64,000 nucleotides of DNA from the human T2T-CHM13v2.0 reference genome, Homo sapiens (GCF_009914755.1 NC_060933.1), one strand, 5' to 3'. Shown: positions 45,455 through 61,078, counted from the stretch's first letter. A program made the numbers and translations. Notes: a model not told the origin generated them from the sequence alone.

Positions 45455-46206
45455 TGTTGTTGTTGTTATTTATTTCTTATTTCATAATAATAAACTTAAG
45501 TCTGCAATCCAGCTGGGCATGGAAGGAAATAAGGAAAATATGGAACCCAAAAGAACTGAAGTGAGAACACAAAGATTATAGGATACTATGAGCAAATGGG
45601 GTGGAAAGGTGCTCTCCTGAGCTACAGAAGGAATGGTCTGGTGGTTAAGATAAAACACAAGTCAAATTTGTTAGAGTTGTCCACAGTCAGCAATGGTGAT
45701 CTTCTTGCTGGTCTTGCCATTCCTGGACCCAAAGCGCTCCATGGCCTCCATGATACTCATGCCTTCTTTCACCTTGCCAAAGACCACATGCTTGCCATCC
45801 AACCACTCAGTCTTGGCAGTGCAGATGAAAAACTGAGAGCTATTTGTGTTGAGTCCAACATTTGCCATGGACAAGATGCCAGGACCTGTATGCTTCAGAA
45901 TGAAGTTCTCATGATCAAATTTCTCCCCATAGAGTGACTTGCTGCCAGTGCCATTATGGTTTGTGAAGTCACCAGCCTGACACATAAACCCTGGAATAAT
46001 TCTGTGAAAGCAGGAACCCTTATAACCAAATCCTTTCTCTCTAGTGCTCTGAGCATGAAAGTTTCTGCTGTCTTTGGAACTTTGCAAACAGCTCCAAGGA
46101 GATTCTGCTTAAAAGCTCGCTGATGATGGCGATGTTGAAGAACATGATGGGGTTGACTATGGCTGGTGGCAGAGGGCTCTGGGAGGCATCGGCGTCTGCA
46201 AAGCCG
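45455..46206 (-). pseudogene. Processed pseudogene of cyclophilin A (PPIA)
   Basis: Intronless copy with 5' UTR, CDS, 3' UTR and degenerate poly-A/(AAC)n tail. Start ATG mutated to ATA (46160-58); deletions near codons 27 and 35 shift the frame. Downstream ...[20 protein letters not shown]...[12 protein letters not shown]...DCGQL*. Candidate TSD AATTTGT. Confidence 0.96.
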
Positions 46207-46223
46207 AATTTGTATTAATTTCA

Positions 46224-47109
46224 TGTTGCCTCAGCATTCATTTTCAATATAAGTTGGAGTCACTCATACTAGAAGCAGGGCTTAGACGTCTTTGACACAG
46301 ATTGCAATTCTTCCAAACTCTACCTCTTCCCAGTTCCTCAAGGTAGGTCAATCCAGATACGCGCTTTATACAACTGCCTCCTGGTGACCACCTTTTTATG
46401 GGATGGCTAGATGCAACCTACTTGACTTACCCCACTGACCCCCCACGCCGTGGGTGGACTGCCCAGATATGCCACAGTGATCACCTCTTGGTCACAGTGT
46501 GACTTCATGGACCTTGTACCTGCTTGCTATAAACCCACCAATTAGAACTCATCATGGGAAACCTGCTTGGGTAACATGCTGGACCAGAATAAAGGCTTTG
46601 CCCCAGAGGTCTCTTTCTCTCTCTCTTGCTATCCCCCTGCTGGTTAAGTGTGCATGTTCCAGACAGCTTTCCCCCTTTCTTTTGGCCCTGCAAGGCGTGC
46701 TGCCCTCTTCCCTTTGGAATCTGTTAGTAATATACTGCTCCTCTGTGTTTCATCTGACCGACACAGCCAAACTTAACTTTTGTCCTGGTCAGCGCCCTCC
46801 TAGAGTCTGGCTGTCTTGGTAGAAAGAAATTGGACACAGTTTACACAAGAGCCACAAGGGCATCTGCCAGTATGAGCAAGTTTCCTGTGGGAGGGACCCC
46901 TGCACGTGGGTCAGACACTTAAGCACCAGGATTTGAAAGGGTCCTGTGAAAGGCACAGTATAAACATCCACGACCACCTCCCCTGGAGCTCCACCTGGCA
47001 CCTTCCTCTAGCCCTGCCCTGCCCTGCCCTGCCCTATCAAAGCAGGGATAAAGTTTATAGCCACTCTCCTCAGAGAGGCCTCAATACCAAATTAGAGGAA
47101 AACATAACA
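46224..47109 (+). mobile_element. ERVL-class LTR (MER54/MER73 group)
   Basis: TGTTGCCTCAGCATTCATTTT...TATAAACCCACC...AATAAAGGC...AAATTAGAGGAAAACATAACA; TG...CA ends. Confidence 0.65.
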
Positions 47110-49069
47110 CCCTCTATGGTGGGTAGAGACCTAAACAAAATATGGGTCTGTTAGGAAGAGAGAAGTAACAGATGTTGAATACTCAAGCAACAGAGCTTGC
47201 TACACCTCCTTTCTGTTTTCTTTCCTCCATGGCTAATTCTTTCTTTCTGTACTTTCAAACTCCAATGGACAAAAATGTTTCATTGTACCCAACTTAAAGG
47301 ATCATAGACATTCATGCAAACATAAATCTTCTATTGCTGTCAAATTAGGAGGAACTAAAATAAAAATTAACTATTAATCTCTTTCGGAAATATATAATGA
47401 AAATAAGGACAGCAATCTATGACAATCACTGCTAGGCCCCCCAAAAAGAAATCAGTTCTATATTTCAGATGGATGTTAACAGACAATTAATTTGACAAAG
47501 CAGAGGATGTTTCTAATCATCAGTGCAATATCTCCACACTGACACTATTTAAAAATCAAAGCATATTGTATTAGGTTCCTACTAATTCACTGTGTAAGCC
47601 ATAAGCCAAAGGTAATGAATGTAGTTTTGTGGATTATCAGAAACAAAACCTTTGAAAATAAGAGTGGAATTTTGTTGTCAAATAACATTTCTTGGCACTT
47701 GCCCTGTTAAACCAAGTCCTTAAATCTCCCAAGCAATTTATGGACTGAGTTTCTATCAACTTACAATACACAATTTTTGATACAAGATTCACTTCTAAAT
47801 ATCAGGACACAATGAGATTTCACAAACTTGAGAAACAAAAATTGCATTCTAAAAAGCTTACAACTAAATCTAGAGGTAAATGTTTTCATATGCTCAGTTC
47901 AAAGTTCTTAGCGTGTGGTGCTGTGTGATGCCCTGCTTCGTGTTCCCTTTAGTACAAGGATGTACTGAGTGACCTACCTCGAAGCAGCCCCCGGCATAGG
48001 AGTAGACTGTATTTGACTAGACAATTCCCCCATAAACACAATATTTAATCTGTTTCTAATTTGGCCAAAGGTTTCTGCAACAAAAGTCTCTTTTTTCCTT
48101 GGTTGTTTTCTTCCCTGGAAAATTCAGGGGACTTACACAAACCACCCCATGGGTACTTCTTTGCATTATACCTGGTAATTAGGAGCCAATTACTTTTTGT
48201 TTTTTTTTTTTGGCTGAAGATCAGATTACTTATTTGGTAAATATAAAGGCATGTTTGTTTCACATCCATACTAAAAGGTGTTAGGGGGCAGGCATAAAAA
48301 CCTGAAGCAAAAGAAAACAACTCTAGGATCTACTTTTTAACTCAGAATCAAAATTCCCTTTTTTTTCTTCCAGATTAATTTCTGTGCTAGCTAACTTTTG
48401 GAAATTTACACATAAACATTTACTTAATTTTAAGGCCATGCCATAATTTAGTGGACAGAGATACTAAGCATTTGCTGTATTTCATAGTAAATCTCCAACG
48501 CTTATCATTTCAAATGTTTTTAAACACTAAATAAGAACATAATAAAAGTATAACATGCCTCTCTTCTAGATTGTCCTATATGCTGAGACATCTGAATAAC
48601 TGCATTGCCTCAGTTACATTTTATAACATCTTCTCCCCAAATAATTTAAACACTCTCCAAACCCCCTCTCCTCCACTGCTGTTTTTCTATCTTGGTAGGA
48701 GGTTTGAAGTGTGACCTCAGTGTACTTTGAGCTCAGATCTTAGAGAGACTCTTTCCAGCCCAGTTTCAGGAAGTACCCATGCCTTTGAAATCACAGGATC
48801 ACAAACACCAATCTGGAATACCATTGATTATCAGGGTTAATGACATTTTTAGAGGTGTTTGAATAACTGAAGGAGGAACTTGGAAACCAGATGAATGGGG
48901 GAGGAGGTATAAGGAGTAATAATGGTTGCTTATCATATTCATGGCACCAAATAACATTTTACGTACATTATTCCGTTTTAATTGTTACCTATGAGGTCGG
49001 TATTATTTATTCTGTAAGTATTTTGGAGATTAAGTATATTGACCAACATTATCTCAAATATACTCTTAA

Positions 49070-49172
49070 TCTTCTTGAAAGTAGAGATGTCTTGCTGTTC
49101 CTCCTTGTATCTTTGAAATTTAGAACCTTGGCACATAGTAGGTTCTCAATACATATTTACTGAATAAATAAA
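49070..49172 (+). mobile_element. L2 3' end
   Basis: TGGCACATAGTAGGTTCTCAATACATATTTACTGAATAAATAAA. Confidence 0.75.
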
Positions 49173-50224
49173 CACACGAAAGAATCCAGTGATCAAAGTG
49201 AAAGAGCTAGGATTAAAACGTGGGTCTTTCAGGCCTTGCAATCTATTCTCTTATACTCTTTCCACTACATTCCATAGCATCCTCACAGAATAGGAATGGC
49301 TGTCTTTCCTGCATGTTAATTTCAGTGCTGAGGACTCCTATTGGCTCTTTTCCCTGTGGGCGTGGCTGGAGAGGCCAATGGGCCGCAACTTGCATCTACA
49401 GACTCTCACTTTTGATTTTGTTTAGGGTATCTTCCAGGTGTTTCTTCAGATCTTGAATTTTTGCCATGTTTGGGTTTTCTATTATAGGGAAAATACTAAA
49501 TTGCGCATTGTAGCAGAGGGAAACAAGCTGGTGGTGGGAGCGGATAGAAGAAAATGAAGACGGCTCCAAACCTGGGGAGCGCGCAAGAAGATGACACAAA
49601 CTTTTGAAATAACATGAACACGTGGGTTTCCTTTTTCTTGTGCAACTGCTATTTGTTAGCAATCCTCTCAATTTGCAGTGAATTGAGGGTGAGGGAAGAG
49701 GAGCAAATCACACAGTGCAAATGAAGACATTAACATGCAGATGAGGTGAATCATTCTTTTTTCAAAGCAGAAGATCAGGTCCCATGTAAGCCGAAATAAT
49801 AATAATACTTACAATCAAAGGAAGCAATATTATTTAGTTTATTGATGACAGGGGTTGAGGGGAGGGAAAGATACATGATGTCTTTACTTCTGTCCAAGTC
49901 ACAAACAGGTAACTTTCTAGTCCTCTGTTCGGAATTCCTTGCAGCAGAATGTGGAGATGTCTAGCAATTGGCTGAGATTTCTTTCTAAGGCAAAGCATGA
50001 AAGTGAAGTAGAAGGGAAAGTGTGGCAGAGAAGACAAAGCACCAGGGCTTATACAGAGCCCAAGAGGGCTTGAGATTCTGGCTGGAAAACGCCATCCCTA
50101 TCATGGAGGGAGAAACAAATCCCCGAGTGTGGCTTCTGTACAGGAAGCAAGAGGCTAGTCGCTGGGGAGGAAAGCCAATAAGCCTCAGTGCCAGTAAGTG
50201 CTGTGTTTAAATCTTTACTAAATG

Positions 50225-51750
<1,526 letters not shown>

Positions 51751-51808
51751 TTTTGTGGTTAGAGTAAGTCCCTTAATATCTCCAACCCATCATTACTAAT
51801 TTTGTGCT

Positions 51809-52505
51809 TGCCATGGTTTGAATGTTCCCTCCAAAACTCATGTTGACATTTAATTGTCATTGTGACGGTATTAAGAGGTAGAACCTTTAGGAGGTGATTA
51901 GGTCATAGTTACATAGCCTTCATGAATGAATTAATGCCATTATTGCAGGAGAAGGTTAGTTATTATTGGAGTGGGATTTTGATAAAAGGATAACTTTGGC
52001 CCAATTTCCTATCTCTGTCTTTTTTTTTTTTTTTGACAGAGTCTCTCCCTGTTGCCTAGGCTGGAGTGCAGTGGCGCAATCTCAGCTCACTGCAACCTCC
52101 ACCTCCTAGGTTCCAGCAATTCTTGTGCTCAGCCTCCCAAGTAGCTGGGACTACAGGTGCATGCCACCATACCTGGCTAATTTTTTGTATTTTTAGTAGA
52201 GATGGGTTTCGCCATTTTGATTGTACTGTTCTAGGTTGGTCTTGAACTCCTGAGCTCAGGCAATATGCCCACCTCAGCCTCCCAAAGTGCTAGGATTACA
52301 GGCATGAGCCATCGCACCCAGCCCCTATCTCTGTCTTGAGTACTAAATTTTACCTTCAGCCATGAGAAAACACAGAACAAAGGCTCTCACCAGATGCCAG
52401 TACCAGGCCCTTGGACTTCCCAGCCTTCAGAACCACAAGCCAAATACATTTCTATTGTTAATAAACTGGGTATTCTGTTATAGCAGTAGAAAACAAACTA
52501 AGACT
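51809..52505 (+). mobile_element. MSTC-like MaLR LTR with Alu insertion (52020-52323)
   Basis: TGCCATGGTTTGAATG...AAACTAAGAC; 5-bp TSD GTGCT; Alu TSD CCTATCTCTGTCTT. Confidence 0.85.
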
Positions 52506-54050
52506 GTGCTCCAGAAAAACAGTATAAGGTGTGCCCTCAACTGACATTGTCATCCATGTGGCTTATACGGATGATGCATGCTCATTGTCCCTTTCTATTT
52601 TATAGAGTTAGTCTCACTAAATATGTGCTCTGCTCTGGTGTTTGCTGCTGAAGCAGTGTGTGTGTGTGAAGTCAAGAAGCACATAAGTACGTTTTTTAAT
52701 TGCACAATTAAAGAAATCATTATTTAAAATATTTCTCCTTTTAATTTTAGTTCCTCAGAAGACATTGCTTTAGTCTCCCCTCTTGAATTACTTCTTTTCC
52801 TGTGAAACTAAATTTCTTCCTCTATATAATGGGGAATAAATAATTGTTAGCTTGCTTGATACATATTACCTTCTAATAATCAGTAGCTATAATAATAATA
52901 ATGACAATGACAATATGGGTTTTGTGAGGCTGAAGCCTTTCAAAAACAGAACATACAGAATTGACAGGTGCTGCTACTTTCTGCAGAACAGAGAAATTTT
53001 TCCTCTTGGACAGAAGAACTGAAAGCTGACTTGTCTTCCATAAAAACTGTGCTGTTAATGACTTCTCAGCAAAATGGTTTTACCAGGTTATGAACAATTT
53101 CTTTTTCTGAATATAATAAGTTTTCACCCCAAACACAATAACTATATACTCAATGAGAACTGTTAGTTTGCCATTATGGTTTTAGACAGACACACTCATT
53201 AATTCACTTGACACAACAATTTCTAGTCAGATAACATCACTGTGCACCATGTTTGAACAAACCTACACATTTTGCTTTGCTTAAGTGAGCCAAGCAAGAA
53301 GAACGAATGGGTGGTATCTTCTAGGATTCTTCAGACTTGTTATTCATGTATATTATTACTTTGTGTTTCAGAGTAATCTTGCTTTTAGCCTTTCTTTGGT
53401 TCTAAATGTGTTATTCTGTGATATTATCTTTTTTAAAGATAATATTTATATTTAGATAACCATGAGCCATAAGAGGTTGAAAAATATGTGAAAAAATTGC
53501 TTGAAAAAATGCACATACCAGTGACTTTCACCCACCCTCCTCTGCCACTCACCACATGTTCCCAAGATTTTTCTTCATTAATTTGCACTTGATGTATAGT
53601 CTGTATTTATTTACTTTCCATTTATGCTCTATTACTTATTTAAACTTGCTTTCAATGGTCAATTGATGTGCTTTCTATCTCTGGAAATTGCTTAGGTATC
53701 TTGCTTTGGTCGAGATAGAACACGTCGTAATTTTCCAATTACAGTTCATGGAAATATTTTTCATATAATGGCTCTCCAGAGCATCAGGGTTTATACGAAT
53801 GAGTTAAAGTCATTAAGTGAAGGATAGGTTAGAGAGTTAAACACTCTCTATAATGTGATATGTTCCATCAACTCCAAGAGCTGAAAGCCTTGGAGAAGGG
53901 AGAAAAGACAAAGAACACATAATTGTCTCTTGACCTTGGGTCAAGACACCACACTCTGGTATTCCTCTTACCTCTTCACATTCCAATTCTTCTCAGTCTC
54001 TCATACTGTCTCTTCCTGCCTTTCATGACTTCAAAATATGAGAGCCCCAG

Positions 54051-54275
54051 GCAGTGGTGTGCTGGTAAATATTTGATAACTGTTTCTATTGGAAGGAGGG
54101 GGACCATGATGTGTAGTGTTTGCCAGTTTTCATGGTTCAATCATGTCCACTATGGCTGATTCCAAGCTATTAGCATGATGTCACTGAATGGGGAGTTGAG
54201 AAGAGATGTGTTCAATTAGAGGGGCTGATTACTAAACCCTAGGGTCAGTGGTGAGCCAGCTCCAACTCACCACTA
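54051..54275. mobile_element. MER63-like hAT-Blackjack element
   Basis: CAGTGGTGTGCTGGTAAATATTT ... CCAGCTCCAACTCACCACTA termini. Confidence 0.75.
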
Positions 54276-54300
54276 GCCTTAGGGTTTAGTAATCAACCCC
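54221..54300. repeat. Inverted repeat, 35-bp arms, 10-nt loop
   Basis: 54221-54255 pairs with 54266-54300 at 31/35 Watson-Crick positions. Confidence 0.93.
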
Positions 54301-55096
54301 GCCTTTTAAAGAAAATTTATAGTCATTCCCTGGGTGATCTCAGCAAATTCCATGGCTTTGAATACCATCCATATGCTGATGAATCCCAAATTAGATCTTA
54401 TGCCCAATCTATTCCATTTGCACATATTCTTATCCAACTGTCAACTTGACATCTTCATTTGAATGTCTAACAGGCATGTGAAATTTAACAGGAGCAAAAC
54501 AGATCTCTTAATTTCATCCTTCCTTGCCTTTAAGTCTTCACCATATCTCAGTAAATGGCAATATCATTCACCCATCATTCAATTCTAAACCCTCAGAATT
54601 ACCTTTGACTCTTGTCTTTCTCTCATACTCCATGCCCCACTCATTAGCAGGTTTTATTAGCTGTGCCTTTAAAATTTGTCTCAACTCACACTGATGCTCA
54701 ACCACCACCTCCAATCTCTGCCACGTAATCTAAGCACAATTTCTCTCCTGTGATTGCATCCCTGCCTCCATTCTGTTCCTCTATAGTCAATTATTTAAAG
54801 CAGCCTCAGTGAGCCTTTAAAATGTAAATCATATCCCATCCCTCCCTTGCTTAATACCCCCCAATTAGCTTTTGATCATATTCAGAATAAAGTTCAAACC
54901 CTGCCACCTTCCCTAAGCCTTTACTAGTTCATTGGTTTTGCTAGCTCTCCAGTGTCAGCTCTTTCCACTCTGCCTTTTGCTTACCCTGCTTTAGCAGCAC
55001 TGATCTGCTTACCATTATCAACACACCAAGTTTGTTCTGGGCTCCAGATATTTGCATTTCTTTACCCTCTGACTGGAAATATTTCCCCAAAGCCTC

Positions 55097-55485
55097 TGCT
55101 GTGGTTTGAATGTCCTTGCCAAAACTCATGTTGAAATTTAACGGCCATTGTAATGAAATTGAGAGGTGGGGACCCTAAGAGGTGATTAGGTCAGGAGGGC
55201 TCAGGATTCACATTGTTATCATGGGAGAGGGTGTCTGATACAAAAACTGAGTTCAGACCACTTCCCTCTCTTGTCTAATGCACTTGTTTCTGCCTTTTGC
55301 CCTACCATCATGAAATGACCCTCACCAGGTAGCCTGGCAGATGCTGGGGCCATGCCCTTGGACTTCCCAGCACCAAGAACCACAAACCAAACAAACTTAA
55401 GAACCATAAGCCAAACAAACTTATCTTATTTATAAATTACCCAGTCTGTGATATTCTGTTATAGTGCAAAAAATAGACTGAGACA
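55097..55485 (+). mobile_element. MSTC-like MaLR LTR
   Basis: TGCTGTGGTTTGAATGTCC...AAAACTCATGTTGAAATTTAA...GACTGAGACA. Confidence 0.85.
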
Positions 55486-55848
55486 TTCTCTATCTCATAT
55501 CTTCACATCATTCACCCCATTGAGGTTTTTTACTCAAATATTACCTCGTAAGAGAGGCTTTCCTTGACTGCCACATCCCAAAGGGTCCCTGTTGCCCCCC
55601 TCTACCATCCCAATACCTCTGTATCTTCTTTCCATGCTTAATTTTCCTTCATAGCACTTATTTCTATGTGGTTTATATCATTTGTTGATTTTTTTCCATG
55701 GGGGCTGGTATTCATCATGTTGAGTGCTAGATTCCTGACACCTATAAAGGTACCTTGCACACAATAGGTGCTTAATACATAATTTGATGAATAAATAAAT
55801 AAAATGAGAAGTGAAACCATCTACTCCCACACAGCTTACCATCCATAT

Positions 55849-56064
55849 CAGGGGTTGGCAAACTTTTCCTGTAAAGGGCCTGATAGTAACTATTTTAGGC
55901 TCTGTGGCCATATGGTCTCTTTCATAACCATTTAACTCTGTGTTTGTAGCATGGAAGCAGTCACAGACAACATTTGAAGGAATGAACATAGGACTGCTCC
56001 AATAAAACTATAAAAACTGGGCATGGACCAGATTGGGCCTTTGGGCTATGGTTTGCAAACCCTG
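55849..56064 (+). mobile_element. MER58A (hAT-Charlie)
   Basis: CAGGGGTTGGCAAAC ... GTTTGCAAACCCTG terminal inverted repeats. Confidence 0.88.
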
Positions 56065-58084
56065 GTGTTGGTGAAACTGATTGTACTATTTGGCTTCATG
56101 AATATGACCTTATTCCTCCTCTGTCTTCATCACCATGATTTTTCCACTCCAGGAACCTCTTGCTCAGAATAATAAAAGTTGCAAATATCTTTGGAAAAAT
56201 TTATTTGAATGAACATCATACTGTGGAACCCTTCACTGAATTGTAACAAATGGATTTTCTCTCCAAGACTCTTCAAAATTCTGTCTCAAAATTCTTGCCT
56301 TGCTGTGTCTACCAGTCCTAAACTACTATATCTCAAGCTCCTGCAATGAAAAGCTTGCTTTCATCCACACCCTCAAATATCATCAATATTCCAACTTATT
56401 TTTCCCTACTCAATGGCGAAGATGGTCAAGGTAGTGATCTCCCTGAGTGCAGTAAGCAATTAACTTCAGTGCTGTGTGCTAGAATTTTCAGAGTCCACCA
56501 TAGTGAAGGGCTATCCCAGAGGAAGTTATCATGTTGTTTCTGTTGCTTTTGCTATCATGATTGCTTGGCCTCCAAATTAAAGGATATACTAATTCACTCA
56601 TTCATTAACAAATATATATGTTGAGAGCTTATTACACACATGTCCTCATGCCAGTTAGTCTTGATAGACATGTATAAGTAAAAACCAGGCAACTTTGCTC
56701 TGTGGAAATATGATAGAAAAAGATAACCTTTCCTCCAGTGATTAATGACATTTATGTTTACTTTCTGGAACTTTAAAAAATTGTGTCACCAGGGATTTTG
56801 ACATGGAAAGAAACATTTACTCATTAAAATCGAGAGCTTCTTGGTTTCTTCAGTCTCCTAGGTTCAATAATCCACAAGTCTGCAACTCATAGTGCATATA
56901 TCCAGGAGTTTTCTGGAGGAATGCCAGGCATGGCTGAAACAGCAATCTTTTGACCATAACTACTGGGGGGGGAAAGCAGCCCTTGCTGTAATCATCGTTC
57001 ATAAAAACTCTGGAATTTACTTGCACAAAGAGCTCATTGAGAGCTGACAGTTCTGCTACAGCCATTCCTTTCTTTCCAAGGAGGAAGCATCAGAAAAATG
57101 AGTGGCCCAGCTTGTGCCATTTCTGCAAAGGGAGTGTTCAAAAGTCGGTGCCTTGGGTATCAGCAGGCTTGGCTTCCCAAATGGGTGGAGGTAGCAGTGT
57201 GGTCCTGGGGAGAGTGCCCGAGACTCGAGTCAGGGCCTAACTCTGCCAACTGAGGTGAGTCACTGAGCCATGCAGGGCCTCTATGTCCTTGTCTTGGAAA
57301 TGGACATGGGAAAACAGTAGCACCTCATTTACAGGAGGCTCGTGTTAAATCAGCCAAGAAGATGGAGATTAAATTGTTGTATAAGTCAGAATCTCTTTAC
57401 CAGTGCTAGTCGCTGTTATTATTTCATTAAGGCATGGTTAGAGTTGCCATTTTAGCAGTTTTACAAAAGACTTCCCTCTCACCCCACCCTCAAAAGTCTT
57501 CCCCGTAGTGCCAGGATTTCTGTCAACAGAAAAGCAATCTTTCTTTATCCTATTTATCCTCTTCTTGTTTGGACTCTTTTAAAATGCAAGCACCTCCCCA
57601 AAGGCATAATACATCAAAGTAATTCATACTAACACAGATGTGGCTTCTTGAATGCTTTGTTTCTCTCAGGAGGGATCAGGTGGTTAAGGATGGATAATGA
57701 AGAAAAAAAAGATTACTAAAAAGCTAGGAAAAGTCATTTTAAAAAGGAGGAATGCCCACAGAATAACAGAATTGCCTTAGCCTTGCAGAATTAAAAGATT
57801 AATGGTTTTTGAAGTGAAATGTAGGCAGGTTCCTTTTATATAAAATAGAAAAAAATCAAAGCTATAGTGGGAGTCTCAGAGTCTCACCCACCATCTCAGC
57901 CTCACGCTGATCCCTCTACAGCCCACAGGCCTCTCTGTGGAATCCCAGGGCTCTGAGAACAGTTTGAAAACCACTGCTGGCTTACCCTCCACATTGCAGA
58001 GGCAAAATGACCTCCAGGAAGAGAGATGGAAACAGCCACTCTTCTAATCAAGTGCTGGTGGCCCTACATAAGAACAAACTAATA

Positions 58085-58240
58085 ATAATCAACATTTATT
58101 GAGATCTTACTAATCCAACGCTCTTTGGCTAAATCATATGCATTATCTGATTTAATCTCCAAAACAACCGTATGGGGTAGGTACTAATTTCCCTCCCATT
58201 TTACAGATGAGGAAACTGAGGCTTAGAGAGGGTAGGAAAG
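58085..58240 (-). mobile_element. MIR
   Basis: Core CCCATTTTACAGATGAGGAAACTGAGGCTTAGAGAG. Confidence 0.88.
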
Positions 58241-58638
58241 TCAGACTGAAGCCAGCTACTCCCTTCTGTCATATTGTTTTTGAAGAAAACTTTTATTTGT
58301 CCCTCTCTGCCCCTTGGCACCACAGATGTGATCTAGAATTTCTGTAGAACATATATTTAGATTTCAGTACAAACATACATTGTTTTTAGCCTGGATTGAT
58401 ATTTTAGAAGAGGAAGGAAGAATTTGAATTAAAATAGAAAGTTCTTTTGTGGGTGTAACAAGTGAGTGAGCATACAGGCTTAGGCACATGATGAGGTTCT
58501 ATTTTCCCCCTATGTTGCCAACTCTGGGTCATTATTATTTTCTTTTCAAACCTAACTTAAGCTTACTGAGTAAATGAAGAGGGGGAAAGTTGACATACTG
58601 CAAATAACAAAATACCCCACTTTAAAATCTGAAATTCA

Positions 58639-58860
<222 letters not shown>

Positions 58861-59526
58861 TTAAGTGCTGTTACTGCAAAAAAAGAAAACAAATCTGAAA
58901 CTAAGCTCATCATGGAAACTTTTAAGTGAACTCTAAAAGAGAGAAAGAGAAGGAAAGAAACCCAATGAATAAGGGCATTCTTCTTTCAGTTTAAATGTGC
59001 CAGAGAGAAGTGAAAAATACTTGATTCTCTCACTGGCAGGAACAGATAACCATTTTTGTATTAGTCACCAGCAAAGTCATCATTTACTTGGTTTTAACAG
59101 CTTCAGAATTATGAAATAGTAGTATTTCAAGACTCTGAACATTCTGCTTCAAGATGAGCCAGCCTCTCTTAGAGATAGAAAGATGAAAAAAATGGGGCAA
59201 CTGACAGGCAGGCAGCTCATGCTGGTTTTTGAGTTATTTGTCTCATTCTTGTCTATTTGCAAGAGCTTGTTGCATGTTACAGACACTGACCCTTGGCTTT
59301 GGCATGACACATTTTTTTGAACTTTTTTTGTCAGTTGATTTTGTACCTGGCACATTTTTCAGATAAGGGATTTGTATCTGTTTATGTTCAAATATTTCTG
59401 TTTTTTTTTTCTCTTAAGTTTGTGGGATTCCAGTCTCTGTTAAGAAGGTATGCCTCATCTCTAGTTTGTACATACTCTAGGTTTTCTTACATGATTTTTT
59501 TGTTTTAGTTTGCATTTGAGACTTCA

Positions 59527-59829
59527 TTCTTTTCTTTTCTTTTTTAAAATAGAGATAGGATCTAGCTCTGTTGCCCAGGCTACAGTGCAGTGGCCCAAAC
59601 ATAGCTCACTGCAGCCTCAAACTCCTGGGCTCAAGCAATCCTCCTGTCTCAGAAAGTAGGTGGGACTACAGGCACATGTCACGATGCTTGGCTACATTTA
59701 AATTTTTTTGTAGAGATGGGGGTCTCACTATGCAGCCTGGACTGGTCTTGAACTCCTAGCCTCAAGTAATCCTCCCGCCTCGGCCTCCCAAAGTGCTGGG
59801 ATTGCAGGCTTGAGTCACTGTGCCCAGCT
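59527..59829 (-). mobile_element. AluJ
   Basis: Antisense dimer; TGAG(A/C)CTTCATTCTTT flanks. Confidence 0.92.
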
Positions 59830-59998
59830 CTGAGCCTTCATTCTTTATGTAATTTATACCATTTTGTATTGTGTGAGACAGAGGTCTACTTTTATTCTCT
59901 TTTTGTGACTTGGTAGTTGTGTTAGCATCACTTATTAAGTAACCCATTCTTTTTTCCTTGAGTTGAAATAACACTTTTGTCAAGTGTTAAATTCACAC

Positions 59999-60449
<451 letters not shown>

Positions 60450-60573
60450 CTATGTAGATTTTATCATAATGCCTTTTAAGGTGCCCTCCCCACTTACTGT
60501 TCTTTTCCCTATCTTCTTGGCTATTCTTGGGCATTTATTGTTCCATAACAATATTAAAAATCTTATTGGTGTT

Positions 60574-61078
60574 TGTGTTAGACTGATAATGTGCCCCCTT
60601 CAATCCTTATGATATGACCACTTCCCAGTCCATTGAACCTGTGAATGTTACGTTATATGGCAAAAAGGACTTTGTAGATGTGATTAAAGCTAATTATTTT
60701 GAGATGGGGATGTGATCCCAAATTATTCCATGGATTCTAAGTAATCACAAAAAATCCTTATAACAGGGACAAGGGGAGTCAGAGGCAGAAGAGAAGGTGT
60801 TGTGATGACAGAAGCAGAGATCTGAGTGACTCACTTTGAAGATGGAGGAAGAGGTCACAGGCCAAGTGATACAGATGCCAGGAGAAGCTGAAAACAGGAG
60901 GAAATGGATTCTTCCCTCAGAGCTTCTGGAAAAGATCAGTCTTGCTGATAACTTGACTTTAGCCCACTGAAACTGATTTTGAACTTTTGACTTCCAGAAC
61001 TGTAAGAGAATAATTTTGTGTTATTTCAGTTACTAAGTTAGTGGCAATTTGTTATAGCAGGAATAGGAAATTAATACA
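60574..61078 (+). mobile_element. MLT1D-like MaLR LTR
   Basis: GAACCTGTGAATGTTAC...TGGCAAAAAGGACTTTGTAGATGTGATTAA...GGAAATTAATACA; TSD GTG(T/C)T. Confidence 0.85.

Larger units (their letters stand above)
53925..55805 (+). mobile_element. L2 (long fragment) interrupted by MER63 and MSTC
   Basis: TGGGTGATCTC...CCATGGCTTTGAATACCATCCATATGCTGATGA...; 3' end CACAATAGGTGCTTAATACATAATTTGATGAATAAATAAAT. Confidence 0.82.

Noticed and set aside
45671-46087. 138-aa cyclophilin ORF as a functional gene
   Set aside because: It begins at a TTG in the frameshifted region. The true ATG is mutated and the N-terminal strands are lost, so it is a processed pseudogene.
53421-53445. 11-bp-arm AT-rich hairpin (ATATTATCTTT-TTT-AAAGATAATAT)
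   Set aside because: Isolated and very AT-rich, so plausible by chance in 64 kb.
53928-53946. TCTTGACC-TTG-GGTCAAGA palindrome resembling an estrogen response element
   Set aside because: Half-sites are everted (TGACC...GGTCA), not GGTCAnnnTGACC, and it lies in an L2 remnant.
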